Assembly (NCBI GenBank): GCA_001655205.1
Contig: LPNZ01010094.1
Coordinates: 1-37,776 of the forward strand
Length of the DNA stretch: 37,776 nucleotides
Reading direction: 5' to 3'
DNA from: Lenisia limosa
Lineage: Eukaryota > Protista > Breviatea
Shown in pieces: positions 32,628 through 37,776 of the stretch; position 1 is the stretch's first letter, and every line of letters starts with the position of its first letter. Both the position numbers and the translations under genes were made by a program. The notes beneath the pieces are model-generated. The model did no database searches, was not told where the DNA came from, and was given only the letters and a program-made list of their open reading frames with translations.

Positions 32628-35600
32628 ATGCGACGCCAGCACAGTATAGCAGGGAGAGACTCACTGTCGAGCGTACAGTGGAGGTTTCTCCGCAATGACA
32701 TCCTTACTCCCACTGCTCCTGGTGAGCTTCATCTTAGAAATGCTAGATTAACGTCTTACAGTTCCAATTCCGTTCGCTTCCCCGTCACCCTCGCCCTCGC
32801 CGCCCATGATCAAAACTGTTGATGTGAGATTTCAGACTGAGGCCAGAGCCAGGACTAACTTAGCCAGTTGAAACCAATTCCGCCTCATGTTGCCGATGTT
32901 GGTCCTGCTGAGCGTTCGCGAAGTATTCTTCTCAATGAGGAGGAGACGGACTTGATCAACAAGGCCTTGGAGGTACACGATGACTTCGTTGTAGCTCCTG
33001 AATGTTGGCGCNNNNNNNNNNNNNNNNNNNNNNNNNNNNNNNNNNNNNNNNNNNNNNNNNNNNNNNNNNNNNNNNNNNNNNNNNNNNNNNNNNNNNNNNN
33101 NNNNNNNNNNNNNNNNNNNNNNNNNNNNNNNNNNNTGAGAGAAAAACTTATCATCTTTGTCTCTTCCCTCGCTCACTTACACAGATGCAGATCACAGACG
33201 AACACGCTCAGTTCACCCCCTGGTATGACCACGAAATGCAAGTATATATGTGTATGTATCCCTAATATAAATTGGGCGAATCACAAATATCTTGCTGAGA
33301 GCTGCTCAGTAATGATATCACATTATCAACATCCCCAGGCAGCAGAAATCAGAGAAGGCCATGCACTGGAGCCAATCCTCTCCGACCCTTTGCTGGATTC
33401 ATCCCCTACCCTTCCAAGACTCCACCACGACCACTCTCGGTTTGTCCTTCGTTGGGTGATTCCAATTGTGCTACACCTAAACATCAATGTTAATCGAAAT
33501 TACCATTTTTTTGGGCTTTGTTTGTTTTGTTGCTATCAACCCTTGTCTGTTGTCAGCCAATAGAGTTGATTTGGGGTTTTTTTTTTTTGTTTCATTAATT
33601 GTCCAATTTTANNNNNNNNNNNNNNNNNNNNNNNNNNNNNNNNNNNNNNNNNNNNNNNNNNNNNNNNNNNNNNNNNNNNNNNNNNNNNNNNNNNNNNNNN
33701 NNNNTTGTTGGCGAAACAGGAGCCAACCTGTTTGTGGCTATTGGTACATATTCCATACATCAATGTTCTTAAGGTACTTACAGTATCTTGCACTTTTCGC
33801 GATATTTCAGTTATCTTGAAACAAGTAACTGCTGGAGCACCATGGTATCGAAAATATAGTTATGTTTATAATTTTAGCACCTGTTGAAAGCCCTCCTGCA
33901 ATTGCTCCTGAATTGTCAACAAGTACCCAACTGCTTCCTTCAAGGGTTAGCCGACGCGCATGTTCAGAACATCTTTCATACTAGCTAGTACACTGTGCGG
34001 GTCACATTTGAACGTCATGTGACAGACACGCTCGTTAATCATGATAACCATCCAGACGACTTGGCGTGAACGAAGACCTTCTCTAGCCATCCCTCCGCCG
34101 GGGTCACGGCGAGGCTCTGTTGTGTCTAGAACCAGTACGTCAAACGCATCAACACCATCCCCTCTCGCAAGCTGTATGATGGGGGTGCATAATAAAAGTC
34201 TTCTTGAACCTTGCTTCTTTCCTGTACCAAAAAACAGCGATCTTTAGACAATCGATTTATTTTCCCTAGCACCAGTGCAAGATTTCATATTGCCCCGCAT
34301 TGTGAGTGGTGAAGAGGATCTCCCTCAAGTCGAAACGAAGTCCAAGGGAAACGAAGTTTGTGGGAGCTATTGTCGTCTTCAATTTCTTCAGTCACTTTTC
34401 TTTATGTTTTCTTCTTTTATAATATCAAACAAATTATCCTAAGTCCTGTACTGACCCCCCCCCCCCNNNNNNNNNNNNNNNNNNNNNNNNNNNNNNNNNN
34501 NNNNNNNNNNNNNNNNNNNNNNNNNNNNNNNNNNNNNNAGGCAAAACCTCCGCTTCCAAGGGTATGTTCAAAGATTATCAGTCCTTCATGATTCGGAGTT
34601 ACCCAAGCTTTCTAACATATTTGTTCCATTTCGTGTTATATAAAGAATTTCTTACGTGATAGTTCCCCACCATCCCCGGACCGCCAAAGCAAACGGAGCC
34701 CTCCCTCCGTCCCGGCCTCGCAAAGAGATCCTCCGAAGGTCGAGGAGCGGTGGTGCAGTGGCGCACGGACGCCGCATCGACGCCTGACGCACATTGGCGT
34801 GGTCGGACTGGGCCGATTAAGGTGAGCCACAGTTTTAGGGTTTGAACACCTGGGGTACTTTATAACGTACCAGGGTACCGGACCAACGTCAAAGACACCA
34901 ATGGAACGTGAAGTGGAACGAGGTGGGACCGGTGGTACGAAATACTATTACTACCGCGTTATTTTATTTCTCATCTCAACAAAACATATATGGCCACTCT
35001 ACTTTTTTATATTTTGTTCTAATTCATATTCGCTAACGCTGCCAAAATGGACCGTTAACGTTGCAGTGACCAATGAGTTTAAGCAGTGGATGGCCGAACT
35101 TGGGGATACCTCCATACACAACGTTGGGGGGTGAGCAAGCAGGATACTGGATCAGTCAGAATAGTGAAGGCTGAAAAAAAACTACTTTATGTTTTTTTTA
35201 TCCTGTTTAAAATTGACACCACTTGTATTATATTACAATTTTGCCTCGAATCATCAAGGTAAGCAATCCTCTCCCTAATAGTATCAAAGAGCTGGAAATT
35301 CTTTTGACTACAACCTTTACTGCAATATTCATCGACCCCCTCCCCCGCAGGATGACCGACATACTGAGGAAGATTTAGCCTTCCAGCGAAGAGTGCCGAA
35401 AACAAAACAATTCCTTCAGGTTTGTTGGTTGGCACTTGAGTGGGAAAATGACCACTAGTGAAAATTTATCGAGAAAAACTACTTCTTTTCGCTTATAAAA
35501 AAAATGTTGTATTAATCTATGTGCCTATTCTCCTTTGTCTTTGCTTTTGAACAAGCACTGATCCCACAGGCCCTTGAAGTTGAAACCCTTCCCGAGGGCT

Positions 35601-37138
35601 TATATGGAATAAAGACGCCAATAACTGGGGTATGTTGGGTTCTGTGTTTCTTATTAAAATAACTGTTGCTCAGAAATATTGAGACTGCTTTGTATTTATT
35701 TCCTTCCAGGCATTCCCGGACAACATTGAGTGGGAGCACGAAATGGTTAATGCCGGTGAGAGGGTAACAGCAAAGTGTTTATGTATGAAAAAATTTGATA
35801 TGATCTCCTTCAAAATAAGAACCAATGATTCTCACTGACTTAGAGGACCTTATGCCTGCGCATATGCGACTACGCCAGAGGGCCGCTGAGGACAACTGGA
35901 GCAGAGCAGGTGCGAGATAATCCTATTTAAATGTTTTTTTGCGTACTCCATGCTTGACTATCTCTACCTGCTTTCTTTGTGAAGTCAGCAGTGTTATAAC
36001 ACGAACTAGTGCACAAAGTGTTGGCAGGGCCCGAACGGGGCCATCAGCCTCGTGACCTTTCCGCTTTGCCCCCCTTGAAATCCACGTTCAACTCCGCACC
36101 GCCCAAGAGGAAACCGAAGTGAGCTGGCATTTTATTGAACATTTATTTATCATGGGGCTTGTTTCAATATAGAATTCGCACTATTTTATTGACATAATTT
36201 AATGAAAGAACCAGTAACCTGAAATACTATACTTCATCACAACTCCCAGGGACTATTTGACATGATTTAACATATCCCTTCAGGAAGACAAACTACGGAA
36301 AGTACTACATCCCAGTCCGCCATTGGTCCGAAGGAGATGCGTCTCTAAAGAAGCGGTGAGATGTTGTTTATTATAACGTATTGTTCTCCCCTGTATTTGC
36401 AGTTAAGATAAACGATTGGGTGTTTTATAGTTCAAATCCTCTCATCAATATGTCAGCTTACTTTTTAGATTCGAAGAAATGAATCGCGCACCTCCCGAAA
36501 TGGGCTATGACAATGACAAGGAAAATGAAGGAGGTGAGTTGGTCCAAACCCACCTTTGTTACCCCCCCCCCCATGCTGGAGNNNNNNNNNNNNNNNNNNN
36601 NNNNNNNNNNNNNNNNNNNNNNNNNNNNNNNNNNNNNNNNNNNNNNNNNNNNNNNNNNNNNNNNNNNNNNNNNNNNNNNNNNNNNNNNNNNNNNNNNNNN
36701 NNNNNNNNNNNNNNNNNNNNNNNNNNNNNNNNNNNNNNNNNNNNNNNNNNNNNNNNNNNNNNTTAAGGTGCTAACTCTTACATAATGAAACAACCTACCT
36801 ACGCTCAATTCTGCATTATAAATACGCCGCAACCCTAACACCACACAGAAGAGGACAGCCACGCTCAACGCCAGTATCTCAGTCGGACGCTTCATCGCCT
36901 CTACTCAAGCCGGGTTTATAAGGAGTATGAGGGGAGGAGAGGGGGCTAAGTTCATCAAAAGACTCATCATTGTCCTTTCCTCATGTTGTCCATTTATTTG
37001 GTCACTTACAACAGGTTTCTCCTTGAACAAGGGCATCGAATGCCTGACTTCCTTGATGGGGTCGATGTAACTTTATCCACGAGAAAGTGGGCTTTGGGAC
37101 GAAGGGGTCAAGCCCCAGCAAGTACACACTTCTTTTGA
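32628..37138 (+). CDS. Multi-exon Pro/Ser-rich protein with C-terminal FAM47/WDR97-like motifs
   Basis: About 20 phase-compatible exons running from MRRQHSIAGRDSL to ...KTNYGKYYIPVRHWS...LHRLYSSRVYK|EFLLEQGHRMPDFLD...THFF* (stop 37136-37138). The YG(K/A)xY..W plus LY....K.F....G.R.P.FL pair recalls FAM47-family and WDR97 C-termini (from memory, not searched). Confidence 0.6.
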
Positions 37139-37571
37139 TGGGATGGGATCATTGTTCACTGTATAAAAGCTTGGATCTCCCTACCCCCCATTTTACTTGA
37201 CTTTCTTTGAGTTTTGCTTTCAAAAAAACATTGGGAGCAACCTTCTCATAGTTGCAGAGGCCCCGCTGCCAAGATAACCAATACTGTATACTCAGCAATG
37301 CGATCCTAATGGTGCCGCAATAGGTTGGTTCTTGGCTGTGTTTGGTCTAAGTGTTGGAACTTGTATTGACCTTATTTTTGTGTCTGGTTATTGTCTTATT
37401 TCATTTAATCAATAGTTACATTTCAGATCGTCAATTTCATTCAAGGGGATGCGTGGTCCAATAATTTAGCTTTCTTAGAAATGTATTTCTTCCTTATTTA
37501 AAAGGGCTAATAGTACATTAGATGGTACAACTGAGAAAAAATAATTAAATAATGGTACTCTCGCAGTACAC

Positions 37572-37669
37572 TTAGATCCCATGAAACTCTTGGCACTCCA
37601 AACTATGGCCCATAATCGTTTCCATGGGGTAATCGTCGCCGCAGAACTCGCATGGTATCATCACTACTT
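37572..37669 (-). CDS. Last exon of a gene extending beyond the window; C-terminal C2HC zinc finger (TRAFD1/XAF1- or UBZ-like)
   Basis: CCCAG| acceptor, then VVMIPCEFCGDDYPMETIMGHSLECQEFHGI*, giving CxxC-x11-H-x3-C spacing. Confidence 0.65.
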
Positions 37670-37776
37670 CTGGGCAGTTAAATGACAACAACGCTTGATT
37701 ACTCTGCCATTTGGCATAATAAAAAAGGACTGAACAATTTTGATCTCTGATTATTGTTGCAAATAATGTGGGGGAA

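Noticed and set aside
32868-33563. 231-aa ORF, the longest in the track
   Set aside because: It reads through introns and an N gap; only parts are exons of the + gene.
3814-36762. N runs as biological features or masked repeats
   Set aside because: They behave like assembly gaps: many abut homopolymers, and at least one (25653-25764) must hide ordinary coding sequence.

Overview
This is intron-dense eukaryotic genomic DNA from a draft assembly with many N gaps, several abutting G or C homopolymers. Exons are mostly 50-170 nt, so the supplied ORF track is largely spurious and genes had to be spliced by eye. Gene content (base-exchange phosphatidylserine synthase, NPL, a receptor-guanylyl-cyclase-like module) suggests a protist, possibly a unicellular opisthokont; that is inference only. 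Left to right: (1) 3' end of an unknown + gene; (2) an unknown multi-exon - gene with a coiled coil; (3) an N-acetylneuraminate lyase carrying an unexpected signal peptide; (4) a MITE; (5) a phosphatidylserine synthase; (6) an unknown - membrane protein; (7) a 14-kb - strand receptor gene; (8) a + gene with FAM47-like C-terminal motifs; (9) the last exon of a - gene with a zinc finger. The highlight is the receptor: signal peptide, two bacterial-type periplasmic-binding (Venus flytrap, VFT) domains, one TM helix, an apparently active TKL Ser/Thr kinase, and a guanylyl-cyclase-type domain lacking both metal-binding Asp residues. This mirrors animal receptor guanylyl cyclases (dead kinase, live cyclase), with an ectodomain resembling trypanosome receptor adenylate cyclases. 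Other oddities are a perfect 60-bp intronic antisense copy of a downstream exon end and donor, a tandemly duplicated splice acceptor, and a large class of GTGGG donors. All exon boundaries and family assignments come from manual reading and remembered motifs, not from searches.
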